Assembly (NCBI GenBank): GCA_020630615.1
Contig: JAHDBA010000005.1
Location: forward strand, 38,709 to 102,708
Length of the DNA stretch: 64,000 bases
Source of the DNA: Myxococcota bacterium
Lineage (GTDB): Bacteria > Myxococcota > UBA727 > JAHDBA01
Direction: 5' to 3'
Position 1 is the first letter of the stretch. Each line of letters opens with the position of its first letter. Below are positions 48,165 to 57,240 of the stretch, in pieces. The position numbers and the translations under genes are program-made. The notes beneath the pieces were generated by a model that did no database searches, was not told the DNA's origin, and saw nothing but the letters and a program-made list of their open reading frames with translations.

Positions 48165-50726
48165 ATGCAAAGCCAAAAGAAGCCCTGGTTTCTCTGGGTG
48201 ATACTCACACTCTTGGGTATGATCGTCTTTCACCAATTGGGATGCGCATCAACACTTAGGGACTCGCTCCGACGTATTGAAAGCGACCATTGGTCTGAGC
48301 GCTACCTTGGGGATCATCCGCTCAATCGCAGCGTAGTCCTTCGAATTGACGAGAGCACTGTACACGACTTTGGTTGTCCACCCTATGATGAAAAATCGTG
48401 GAAGACACTGAACAATCAAATCATGGCTGCAGGCATTGAAAAAGTTGCGTTCTTTGGTCGCGAAAGAGCGTGGCATCAATCACTTAACAATCCAGCTTCG
48501 CTCGAGGTGTATTTTCTTCAAGCAGGGGAGACTATTCAAGATTACATTCAGCGATTGAGTAATTTGGAGTTAGGACAAAAGACTCATGCTACAAAGTCGA
48601 TAGAGCAGGATTTGAGTTTAGCCGAATCGATTCTTGACATGCGGGAGCGTGGCCTCGCTGATCTTTACGAAAGTTTAGAAATTCCGGGTTTGGCCCTGTC
48701 GATGTTGAACTCCGGTATTACCACTCAGCAGTCTTTTAAAAACTTTAACGAACCACCGCTCTTCATTGTGACTTCGGAATCCATGGCATGTTTTACGGGA
48801 CATGGAAGCCCGATGGAAGACCATCTCACACAATGGCTTAAACTCAAGCACCTTCATAAGTTAACTTTACCGGATCTGATTCATGGGACTTTACTCTATT
48901 TCTTGTTGATGAGTATTGCTGGAATGGCGCTCTTTGTATTCCCCCTTCATACACTGTGGAAGGAGTCCTTCTACTTCATCACACTGCTCGCTTCCTTCTT
49001 TATCGTGTCTGAGATTCTTTACCGTTTGCAATCAAACTATTTACCGATTCTTTCGGGTGCATTGACTTGGGTCACATTTCGAGGGCTCAGGCAACTTTTT
49101 GTAATGACGTGGCAAAGACGACTCTTTATTGCCTTCGTGAAGAGGACTCGCCCCTATTTGGAGGAATGGCAACGTGGCCGAGCGCAATGGAAAGAGCGTA
49201 GCTTTGAAGATAAACATCGCGAGATTCTCGAGTTTTTGAGCACACTAAGTGAACCGATTCACTCCCATGTTTTTCAGACGAATGAAGAGAGTATTCTTAC
49301 GCTAGATCAATGGCATCATCCAGATTCTGAGTTTGCCTCGGAGAATTATGAGCTTCAAAACCAACTTTTGAAAATGACTCGCGAGGGACGGCGAAAACTG
49401 AAATTCAATCGTGAAAGGCATTTGCGTTCCTATCTTTATGAGCTCAGTCTCCCTTCATCAACGATAAAAACCTATTGGCATATCGAGTGCAGTGGCACCC
49501 CAAACCACCAGCGCTCCGAAGAAGATGAAGATAAACTTTTGGGTAATGTTTTAAATATGATGATGTGGCTAAGCGATACGGAGACCCACGCCAGCGCGTC
49601 TCCCCCAAAGAGCTTTCGAGGGACGAACCAATTCAAAGACATTTTTGCGAATCCACTGGAAATGAATTTAATGACGCACTTGCTGGATCAGATCGAACGC
49701 GAGCACACAATTTTGGGTGAGTTTGATCTTGCATGCGCTTTGGTTTCTTTACGCGGTGTTGTCGGCTTTACCAACCCAGCATTCGATGCTCTTTTGAAAG
49801 ACGAGAACATCAATCGAGATGGAACGATTGACAAAGTGCTCATTGCGATGGGAGGGACATGGGTCGAACGAATCTTACGAAGGGCTTGGGCGGGGAGACG
49901 GGTTCAGTTTGAGATTCTAACTCCAAAAGGCACAAGTCTCGATATTCGTATACAACCCATTTGTCTGAATGTCGCACGGAATAGGATTCGCAAAGGAAGT
50001 GCCACATCTTTTCTGATGACTCTTCGCCAGGTCTCACGTATTGATCAAAGTCGAAGAGACCGCGCTCGCAATGCAACATATATTGTTCCTAAACTTCGCA
50101 ATTTGCTCTCAATCATGAAGATGTCGGGCGACATGCTAGGGATGAACATTCGTGCAAGTGCAAAAGGAGAGGAAACCAAAGCCCTTCGCTCGATTCAAGA
50201 TGTTCTTACGCGAAAGAGTAGTGTTATGGCGAGTCGCCTTGATCAACTTGAGGCAATCTCTTCATCCTTGATCGAGGGTCATGATGAAATTCGAGAACGG
50301 GTTTTTGTGGATATTCAGGATCTTGTCAAAGACTCCTTCCTTGATTTTCAGTCTCGCAAAGAAAGAGACTTGAACCTCAAACTTAACCTTGAGGAGAGCC
50401 AACTTGTGTCTCCAGTTCTTTGTGCCCCTCGCATTCTTCGCGATCTTCTTGTCGAAGTTTTTCGAAGTCTAGTCTTTCATCATGGCGACAATGAAATTTG
50501 TGTCGGCATCGGTGAAGAGTTGGGGACTGTCCACCTTCAAATAGAAACGCGAGTCGCCGATGGTGTTGTGAGTGATCTCCAAAGAGAGATAGGGACTCAA
50601 CGGGAAGACTTAAAAGAGCTGGTAGAAGCTTTCTCTGAATTTGAGATTGATGTCGAAATTATAAATGAGGGTCATCGACGTCTTTTTGATGCGCGCTTTC
50701 CAGTTTTGCGAGAGTTCCAGGAATGA
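48165..50726 (+). CDS. CHASE2-like sensor domain protein with 3-TM module and large uncharacterised cytoplasmic domain
   Basis: N-terminal TM/lipobox. RSVVLRIDESTVHDFGCPPYDEKSWKTLNNQIMAAGIEKVAFFG fits the CHASE2 N-terminal signature. A three-helix TM block follows at residues ~235-305. The C-terminal ~540 aa has only weak HisK-like hints. Confidence 0.5.
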   Translation: MQSQKKPWFLWVILTLLGMIVFHQLGCASTLRDSLRRIESDHWSERYLGDHPLNRSVVLRIDESTVHDFGCPPYDEKSWKTLNNQIMAAGIEKVAFFGRERAWHQSLNNPASLEVYFLQAGETIQDYIQRLSNLELGQKTHATKSIEQDLSLAESILDMRERGLADLYESLEIPGLALSMLNSGITTQQSFKNFNEPPLFIVTSESMACFTGHGSPMEDHLTQWLKLKHLHKLTLPDLIHGTLLYFLLMSIAGMALFVFPLHTLWKESFYFITLLASFFIVSEILYRLQSNYLPILSGALTWVTFRGLRQLFVMTWQRRLFIAFVKRTRPYLEEWQRGRAQWKERSFEDKHREILEFLSTLSEPIHSHVFQTNEESILTLDQWHHPDSEFASENYELQNQLLKMTREGRRKLKFNRERHLRSYLYELSLPSSTIKTYWHIECSGTPNHQRSEEDEDKLLGNVLNMMMWLSDTETHASASPPKSFRGTNQFKDIFANPLEMNLMTHLLDQIEREHTILGEFDLACALVSLRGVVGFTNPAFDALLKDENINRDGTIDKVLIAMGGTWVERILRRAWAGRRVQFEILTPKGTSLDIRIQPICLNVARNRIRKGSATSFLMTLRQVSRIDQSRRDRARNATYIVPKLRNLLSIMKMSGDMLGMNIRASAKGEETKALRSIQDVLTRKSSVMASRLDQLEAISSSLIEGHDEIRERVFVDIQDLVKDSFLDFQSRKERDLNLKLNLEESQLVSPVLCAPRILRDLLVEVFRSLVFHHGDNEICVGIGEELGTVHLQIETRVADGVVSDLQREIGTQREDLKELVEAFSEFEIDVEIINEGHRRLFDARFPVLREFQE

Positions 50727-53569
50727 TTCTCGATATTTTTCCAGACCAGGGATTAAGTTACACCATCTATTTGCCGGTGTTGATCGGGATATTCTTTTTA
50801 TGGTTGTGCAACGAAGCCTTTGGATGGCCGCGTGATGGATGGGTTGTTCCCGGTTATGTCGGTATGGTTCTTTTTACGAACCCAGAATCAGCAGCTTTGA
50901 TGATGATCGAGGCACTCTATGTTTATTATGCCGTTGTGCTTTTTTCGGAAATGGGTGCACGACTTGGTTTTTGGAACCGTTTTTTTGGTCGAGAACGTTT
51001 CTTTCTCTTTGTGATCGTTTCGATCCTCGTTCGCTATCTTTTTGAGCTATGGCTTTTACACCCTTCAACCTCTTGGTTGTCGACCTGGTTGAGTGAAGGC
51101 ACATCATCGCTTGATGCCTTTCACTCGATTGGTCTTGTTCTTGTGCCACTGATCGCAAACAGCTTTTGGAAATCGGGACCGGCCAAAGGCATGCTTCGGA
51201 CTCTCTTTTTGTTGGGCATCACCTATAGTGTGATTCGACTGGCACTCCAGGACCATACAAACTTCACGATTGAGTACTTTCGCCTAATTTACGAAGATAT
51301 TTCGATGCGCTTTGAATCGGGTGCGAAAGTCTATGTGATTCTCATCGTTGCGGGATACGTTGCAGCATGGACGAATTTGAGATGGGGTTGGGATTACAAT
51401 GGAATTCTAATGCCTTCATTGTTGGCTGTTGCAATGTTCTTCCCAATTAAAATTTTAGCGAGTCTGATTGAAGCGATAATCATTGCCTTTGCGTTTGGAT
51501 TGATTACGAAAGTCCGTCCATTCAATACAATTGCCTTTGGGGGCGGCCGGCAAATTTTAGTACTATACGCTCTTGAAGTGGGTATTAAATGGATCGCTTC
51601 AATCTTCTATCAGCCACTTTGGCCAGGAATGAAAGTGACAGACCTCTTTGGGTTTGGGTATGTGCTTCCAGCGTTGCTTGCAGTTAAGATTCTTCAGAAA
51701 CGCCAATTTGGAATTGTTATTGGACCGACAATGGTTTGCATTGTCCTTTCATTTGCTTTGGGAACTCTCACATCGATATCGGTGACTCCCTTCTTTGAAA
51801 ACGTAGACTTCAATATGCCAGACCCCAATGAACGTACTCTTGCAGAAGGATCACTCGTCAATGCATTGAGCATGTCGAAAGCAACCCGACCCAGCCAGGC
51901 CGAGATTGCCACATTCATAAAAGAGCCACTGGCATACCAAACTATCGCTCGACGCTTAACCGGATGGGTTTTGGGCGAAAGCCCTTTACCTACTTCGTGT
52001 CACGATCGAAGCGTTTCGCGACTGAAGCAGCGTTATGCCTATCAATGTGAGCGCTACTTCATCGACAACGACCACCCGTTGAATCAACATTGGTCCAGTT
52101 CCTTTAAAAAACAATCTTGGCTGCATATTCACCTCCGTGAAAAAAAAGTTGAAAAGGCGCGTTCGGGAAGCCCTGAACTCTTAGTGGCCGTAGGCGGAGA
52201 GGGGCCCCGACTCCTCGCTGAGCCTTATGGAGATGATGCCTCTCGCTTTGCCGCGCTCAAAGCATGTCTACGCGTCAATTGTGCAATGATTGTCTTTACG
52301 CCACGCGGTCCAGAGAATGAGTGGTCTTTCCGCAAGCAAGTGTTAACGTCGAAAACACCAATTGTAGCGTATAAAAACTCCTCAAAATCGCCAATACTTG
52401 AAGTCCATCTGAATGAAAGAATTCAAAGTGACTTTCAACTCACCCTTTTTGGAGATCTAAGTTCGGGCCAAAACAAGCAACTTGTCGAGAAGCTTGGGAC
52501 ACACTTTAGTGGTTCTCCATCGTCAAAGTTTCAAATTCTTTGGGACTTTATGCCTGAACGTTATCGATTTGATGGTCGCTTGGATGTGAAGCTTTCTGCT
52601 CGAGAGATGCGGGAGGTCACGACCCGAAAAAGCAATCGGCCACATTTGTCGAATATCAAAGAGTTTGACGCTTATGAAAATCGTAATACAGCCTCACTTG
52701 TGATTGAACCGATGATCAGCTGTATCGATACCTGGGCGTCCGAACGGTGTCGCATCAATTTTGATAGGGCTCAACATATCGGCCGACGTATGGGTCTACG
52801 CTCTGCCCAACTCCTTCGGCAGGAACCTTCAGGGCAGGACATGGTATGGGCGGTACACATGACTCGACGGGTTCGAGATCAACGTGATGATGAGAGTGTT
52901 CATTTTCTTTTCAATTACCATGCAAAAGCAAAAGGAAGGATCCTTATTGCGCACCACTGGCAAAGTGGTGATGTCCTTTCAAGTGCGATGAAGCGTTTTG
53001 AGGAGGATGAAGTCGAGGCGATACTTTGGACAGAAGGGGATGGTGCTACGAACCGCGCCAGTAGGCTTACTCTCGCTTTTACAAGTGCATATCGAAAACT
53101 ATATGGCGCACACGCAGACTACATCTTTATTGCACCAACGTGGGGCTACTGCGATTCAAAGAACATTTACGTGAACAACATGCGAGGTGGAAACCTATTG
53201 GAAGAATCGGCCACCTACCTCGCGGAAATCTTAGGCACATCGCCTGAGAACATGCTGAGCCGCACATGGGTCAAGGAGCCCTGTCGCGATAAGGATTGGC
53301 GCTACCATCAAAGTTATCGACTTTTACGAATCGCCAATTATCCACGCGTATGGGACCTATCCATCTCACATCAAATACTCACGAATATTCCTGTGCCCAA
53401 AACACCCTTCCTTCAGTCCTTATTGCGATTATCTGTACATGCCCAAGATCAAACCCAGAAAAGTGGATTGAAGGTTGAGGAAGACCCAAGCCATAACTCC
53501 AACGATCACGCTTTCCTAAACTTTTCTGCAGGGCCTTCCCCAGCAATACACAGGGGCAAAACGCAGTGA
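50723..53569 (+). CDS. Polytopic membrane protein with tandem-duplicated PgsC/CapC-like domain fused to ~600-aa uncharacterised C-terminal domain
   Basis: FGWPRDGWVVPGYVGMVLF...FFGRERFFLFVIVSIL...HSIGLVLVPLIANSF parallels B. subtilis PgsC (GIVPAGLVVPGYLGLVF...LYGRRKFAAML...GIGIIVPGLIANTI). A second copy lies at residues ~200-330 (GILMPSLLAV...GYVLPALLAVKI). 4-nt overlap with the upstream gene. Confidence 0.5.
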   Translation: MILDIFPDQGLSYTIYLPVLIGIFFLWLCNEAFGWPRDGWVVPGYVGMVLFTNPESAALMMIEALYVYYAVVLFSEMGARLGFWNRFFGRERFFLFVIVSILVRYLFELWLLHPSTSWLSTWLSEGTSSLDAFHSIGLVLVPLIANSFWKSGPAKGMLRTLFLLGITYSVIRLALQDHTNFTIEYFRLIYEDISMRFESGAKVYVILIVAGYVAAWTNLRWGWDYNGILMPSLLAVAMFFPIKILASLIEAIIIAFAFGLITKVRPFNTIAFGGGRQILVLYALEVGIKWIASIFYQPLWPGMKVTDLFGFGYVLPALLAVKILQKRQFGIVIGPTMVCIVLSFALGTLTSISVTPFFENVDFNMPDPNERTLAEGSLVNALSMSKATRPSQAEIATFIKEPLAYQTIARRLTGWVLGESPLPTSCHDRSVSRLKQRYAYQCERYFIDNDHPLNQHWSSSFKKQSWLHIHLREKKVEKARSGSPELLVAVGGEGPRLLAEPYGDDASRFAALKACLRVNCAMIVFTPRGPENEWSFRKQVLTSKTPIVAYKNSSKSPILEVHLNERIQSDFQLTLFGDLSSGQNKQLVEKLGTHFSGSPSSKFQILWDFMPERYRFDGRLDVKLSAREMREVTTRKSNRPHLSNIKEFDAYENRNTASLVIEPMISCIDTWASERCRINFDRAQHIGRRMGLRSAQLLRQEPSGQDMVWAVHMTRRVRDQRDDESVHFLFNYHAKAKGRILIAHHWQSGDVLSSAMKRFEEDEVEAILWTEGDGATNRASRLTLAFTSAYRKLYGAHADYIFIAPTWGYCDSKNIYVNNMRGGNLLEESATYLAEILGTSPENMLSRTWVKEPCRDKDWRYHQSYRLLRIANYPRVWDLSISHQILTNIPVPKTPFLQSLLRLSVHAQDQTQKSGLKVEEDPSHNSNDHAFLNFSAGPSPAIHRGKTQ

Positions 53570-56112
53570 GGCGTAGCGATCAACTCTTAATGTTTCTCTT
53601 GCTCTTGCTCGCCATCGCCGGGGTTTTTGATCGTTGTTCAAGTCAAGCGGCGGACAGTATTGTAGAGAATACAAGTACGGTCTATTTGTATCCCTTGGCT
53701 GATGGTGTTCACATGCGCCTTCCAACCCTGGCGCATGAGTTTCAACTTCAGGTCAGTGCGTCGATACCTTTAGCGCATGCCACTGAGCTCGGTCGTACGC
53801 GTCCACGTTCCACAATACATCTTCGGGCACGCAATGAACGACAAGAAATCGTGTTTGAACGTGATTATGATCTTCGTTTTTCGTGCCCGGATCGCATTGA
53901 AACACGCCACGTGCCCGTTCGACTTTCTCGCACCAGCGCTCACGAACATAACCTGTTATCAACGTGTCACCCACAGTCGATCTATTTTGAAAGCGCTGTG
54001 GATGCAAGCGCGGTTTCAACGATTGAAGTGTCAGCACGTGAGGCAAAAAACTTTCAAATCTTTGGTCGTCTTTTCATGCTTGAGCGCCCAGAGTCTTTTC
54101 AATCGTGGAGCGGGTATCGAGGCGGGCTTTGGATGCACGAGAAGTTGAATCGATTTTTGAGAGTTGGTTCCAGTTTATGGGAAATGCCTGCTGCGGAGCT
54201 CGAAGAATGGGCATCCGAGCGATGGGTTTCTTTGCAGCCGGAAACACGCGAGAGACAAAGAGAACCGGAGCTCTTCACAAAACATCGCTTTGCTCTTGAT
54301 CGCTCGGAACTCGTACGTGAACTGGGCGTTCGTTTTGATGCGCTAGAACAAGTTCATGTCTGGAATGTCGTGGGTCCTGCGAAGCTTAAGGTTGAAACGT
54401 TAGGGGATCCTTTTTTCGGGGATGCATTTATCTACAACTCCAGAACACCTTTGCAAAGCGTGGGACAAAAAGTCCAGCATGGTTCTGAGGTCGAGATTCC
54501 TGAAGGGGACTGGTCCTTGCTCATTCGCTGGGACCTGACTGATGAGCAAAAGCAAAATGCAAATCGACAGGATGTGACACTGCCCGATGAAGCCAAGCAA
54601 AGCTTTGATCCCCTTGCCTACCTGACTTTGAGTACAATGAGCAGAGAAGCCCTCGCTTTCTTTGGAACGACGCTGCATCCAAGCGTCAAAAGGAACGGAA
54701 ATTTCATCTTACAAAAGCAAAATAGAGTCTCTCCCGGGATTCTATTGGGACTTCAAGAAGGTCGTGAGCATATCTCCAAAAGTTTTAACAATGGAGTATT
54801 GGACTCGGCCCATAGAACGCTTCTCCTTGCGTTGCGTGTGGCGAGTGAAGATGATGGATTGACGCAACGCACGTGTGAAGTCCGATTTCATGACGACGAC
54901 AACAATCTGCTCGCATCACAAAAAGTCGATCTAAGTGCCATCGTTGAAAAAATTGATTATGCAATCAATTCCTTAACTGGACAACGTCTATGGCTTTCCG
55001 AGCGCGACAAACACTATATTCAAGTACCCCGAGGTGCGAAGGGAATGAATTTGGTATGTGATATGCCGACGCTTGTTCAACTCTCGACCCAACGAAGGAA
55101 CTTGAATATTCAAGATTTGAAAGAAGAGGGACGGTGGCAGGCTCGAGGAAACCCTCGACATGATCGATCGTGGCGCTCGATAGAGTGGGATCTAAAACCA
55201 AGTCAAAGAAAACATACCCTCGTACAGGTGCATCAGCAGCCACGACACCGACTCTTTCGAGGGCATCATGAAGTTGAAGCAGAAAGGGAGAGGCTGATTC
55301 AATCGTATCAAAGCCTTAAACCCATGAATCGGCCGACCTTTTCGATTTACCGTGAGGTTGAGACATGGAAACGCGAGGCTGTCGTCAGGTGTCAAATGCC
55401 AATCGACAAGGAAGGGACCCTGAACCTTCCTCGCGAACCCGCAAGTCCCAATCGTTTTGTGTTGGACATTCAAAGCCGAGTTCCATTTTCTGGATTATCA
55501 AAGCGGGTCAAGGTCTTGAGTCAAGGTCAAGAACTATCACAATGGAAATGGGAGCGACGTGAGCATCAACTTCGAGTCAGTCGTTTAGGAGAAGAACGAC
55601 TCACGCTTGAACTTCGAGACAGCGGCCGCGGTGAACATTGGGTTCGTGTCTCGAAACCGTCAGGTCTAGGTCGATGTCGCCAACAAATGAATGTTGTCGC
55701 CTTAGCCCCAAATACGTCATTGAAGGTTAATGCTTTTCACAGGGGAGTGAAGACCAACGTCAATTTTAAGGTTTTGGGGAGTATGCCAAACTACCATTTG
55801 CAAACACATGTCGAGATACCGCAAAATGCGATGCGCACCTTTGCGCGTGGCCACACGATGCAAAGCCAACAACATCGACTCGAAAGTGAAGAAACGATCA
55901 ATATATGGAGAAGTGTGGACGCACCCATGCGCCAAAGAAACAAGGGCCGTGTGGTGCATGCGCTGAAAGACGACCTCAAACAAGGACGATACACGCTCAC
56001 ACTTAAAAATAGGGGACACGAGACGCTTTGGGTTCTGGCCTTTCAAGAAGGGCAAGACCGGCGTGAGGCTCTGCGTTCCATACTTTGGAAGGAGGATCGC
56101 TTCCGTGAATAA
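53566..56112 (+). CDS. Secreted hypothetical protein (848 aa)
   Basis: Signal peptide MFLLLLLAIAGVF. 4-nt overlap with the upstream gene. No motif recognised. Confidence 0.5.
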   Translation: MRRSDQLLMFLLLLLAIAGVFDRCSSQAADSIVENTSTVYLYPLADGVHMRLPTLAHEFQLQVSASIPLAHATELGRTRPRSTIHLRARNERQEIVFERDYDLRFSCPDRIETRHVPVRLSRTSAHEHNLLSTCHPQSIYFESAVDASAVSTIEVSAREAKNFQIFGRLFMLERPESFQSWSGYRGGLWMHEKLNRFLRVGSSLWEMPAAELEEWASERWVSLQPETRERQREPELFTKHRFALDRSELVRELGVRFDALEQVHVWNVVGPAKLKVETLGDPFFGDAFIYNSRTPLQSVGQKVQHGSEVEIPEGDWSLLIRWDLTDEQKQNANRQDVTLPDEAKQSFDPLAYLTLSTMSREALAFFGTTLHPSVKRNGNFILQKQNRVSPGILLGLQEGREHISKSFNNGVLDSAHRTLLLALRVASEDDGLTQRTCEVRFHDDDNNLLASQKVDLSAIVEKIDYAINSLTGQRLWLSERDKHYIQVPRGAKGMNLVCDMPTLVQLSTQRRNLNIQDLKEEGRWQARGNPRHDRSWRSIEWDLKPSQRKHTLVQVHQQPRHRLFRGHHEVEAERERLIQSYQSLKPMNRPTFSIYREVETWKREAVVRCQMPIDKEGTLNLPREPASPNRFVLDIQSRVPFSGLSKRVKVLSQGQELSQWKWERREHQLRVSRLGEERLTLELRDSGRGEHWVRVSKPSGLGRCRQQMNVVALAPNTSLKVNAFHRGVKTNVNFKVLGSMPNYHLQTHVEIPQNAMRTFARGHTMQSQQHRLESEETINIWRSVDAPMRQRNKGRVVHALKDDLKQGRYTLTLKNRGHETLWVLAFQEGQDRREALRSILWKEDRFRE

Positions 56113-57238
56113 GCGTATTGAATCCATAGGGACGCGTTGTGGCTTGAGAAAGACGATTGCGATTGTCACAATGGTTGTGATTTCGCAGAGCAGTCTTGCT
56201 GAAGAACAGAACAACGGTTTTAGCTCGCGCACGAAGTTTGCACAAAACAAAAAGTTTCTCGTAGAACCCCACGAAGATGCAGAGTGTTATCCAATGCTAC
56301 GCAATCTACGTCGAGCGTCGAATCGTGTTCAAAGCCCTGGACGAATACGTTTGCGTCAAACACAACTTGCATTACAAGCTATATGGCGCACCGAGAACCC
56401 AAGAGTTGTTGATGGAGTCAACCAGAAGCTTGCAGAGTACGGTCTCACTTTTTCCAAGTGCACATCGGAGATCACGACTTCAAAACAATCTCCAAGAGCA
56501 AGCGATCAATGGTGGCTTCTTCACGAGATAGAACCGATGTCATTTGGTTATGGTGCAACACTGATTCGTGCAGGTGCAAACCTGAAGCACGGAAATACGG
56601 TAGTTCAAATTCCACACTCCTATTATGACAAAGGAACCCTAGCATTTGTACGCGAAGCGATGCGTATACCTGGGATCAATGTGATCATGGTAAATACAGT
56701 TCATCGCTACCGTGCGAAAGGGGTTAGCGACCAGGACCGTGATGTCCATCTCGCAGATTTTGCGCATCAAGACGCAAGCCTTTACCAAGCTTTGACACAA
56801 ACGATAGCAAGGCTCGCCCCCCAAAGTCGCTTTGTTCAGATGCACGGGTATAAAAACACCAAGAGTGCAGAACTGATTTTGAGTGCGGGGCTACGCCATC
56901 CTGAACCCTCCTTACGCGCATTGCTTAGAAGATTAAAAGCGAAGCTCGAATCCTTTGCGAATGCTAAGTTGAGCCCATGCACTTTCAAAACACTTTTGTA
57001 CCCGAGCCAAAGTCGACGCTTGGGTGGGACACAAAACACCCAAGCGCGCTGGTTGAATCCACGCGGGTATCGTTTTCTACATGTTGAAATGTCCTCAGCC
57101 TTACGTGAGCAAAGCACTGCATCGCCTGGTTGTCGACGAAAGATACTTGAAGCCTTGGTGGATGCTCCTACGGAAGGTCTCAAAGAGGGCGAACGCCTAA
57201 ACACACAGAGTACTGAATCCAGTGCAGGGCGCCACTAG
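56105..57238 (+). CDS. Secreted hypothetical protein, possible metal-dependent hydrolase
   Basis: GTG 56105 behind a strong AGGAGGA RBS, overlapping the upstream stop. Good signal peptide (NKRIESIGTRCGLRKTIAIVTMVVISQSSLA). His-containing blocks IPHSYYDKGT, HLADFAHQD and VQMHGYKN. Confidence 0.4.
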   Translation: MNKRIESIGTRCGLRKTIAIVTMVVISQSSLAEEQNNGFSSRTKFAQNKKFLVEPHEDAECYPMLRNLRRASNRVQSPGRIRLRQTQLALQAIWRTENPRVVDGVNQKLAEYGLTFSKCTSEITTSKQSPRASDQWWLLHEIEPMSFGYGATLIRAGANLKHGNTVVQIPHSYYDKGTLAFVREAMRIPGINVIMVNTVHRYRAKGVSDQDRDVHLADFAHQDASLYQALTQTIARLAPQSRFVQMHGYKNTKSAELILSAGLRHPEPSLRALLRRLKAKLESFANAKLSPCTFKTLLYPSQSRRLGGTQNTQARWLNPRGYRFLHVEMSSALREQSTASPGCRRKILEALVDAPTEGLKEGERLNTQSTESSAGRH

Positions 57239-57240
57239 AA

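Noticed and set aside
56063-56104. Upstream ATG start (56063) for the 391-aa ORF
   Set aside because: It would overlap the preceding gene by 50 nt with no RBS. GTG at 56105 has a near-perfect AGGAGGA RBS and yields a canonical signal peptide.
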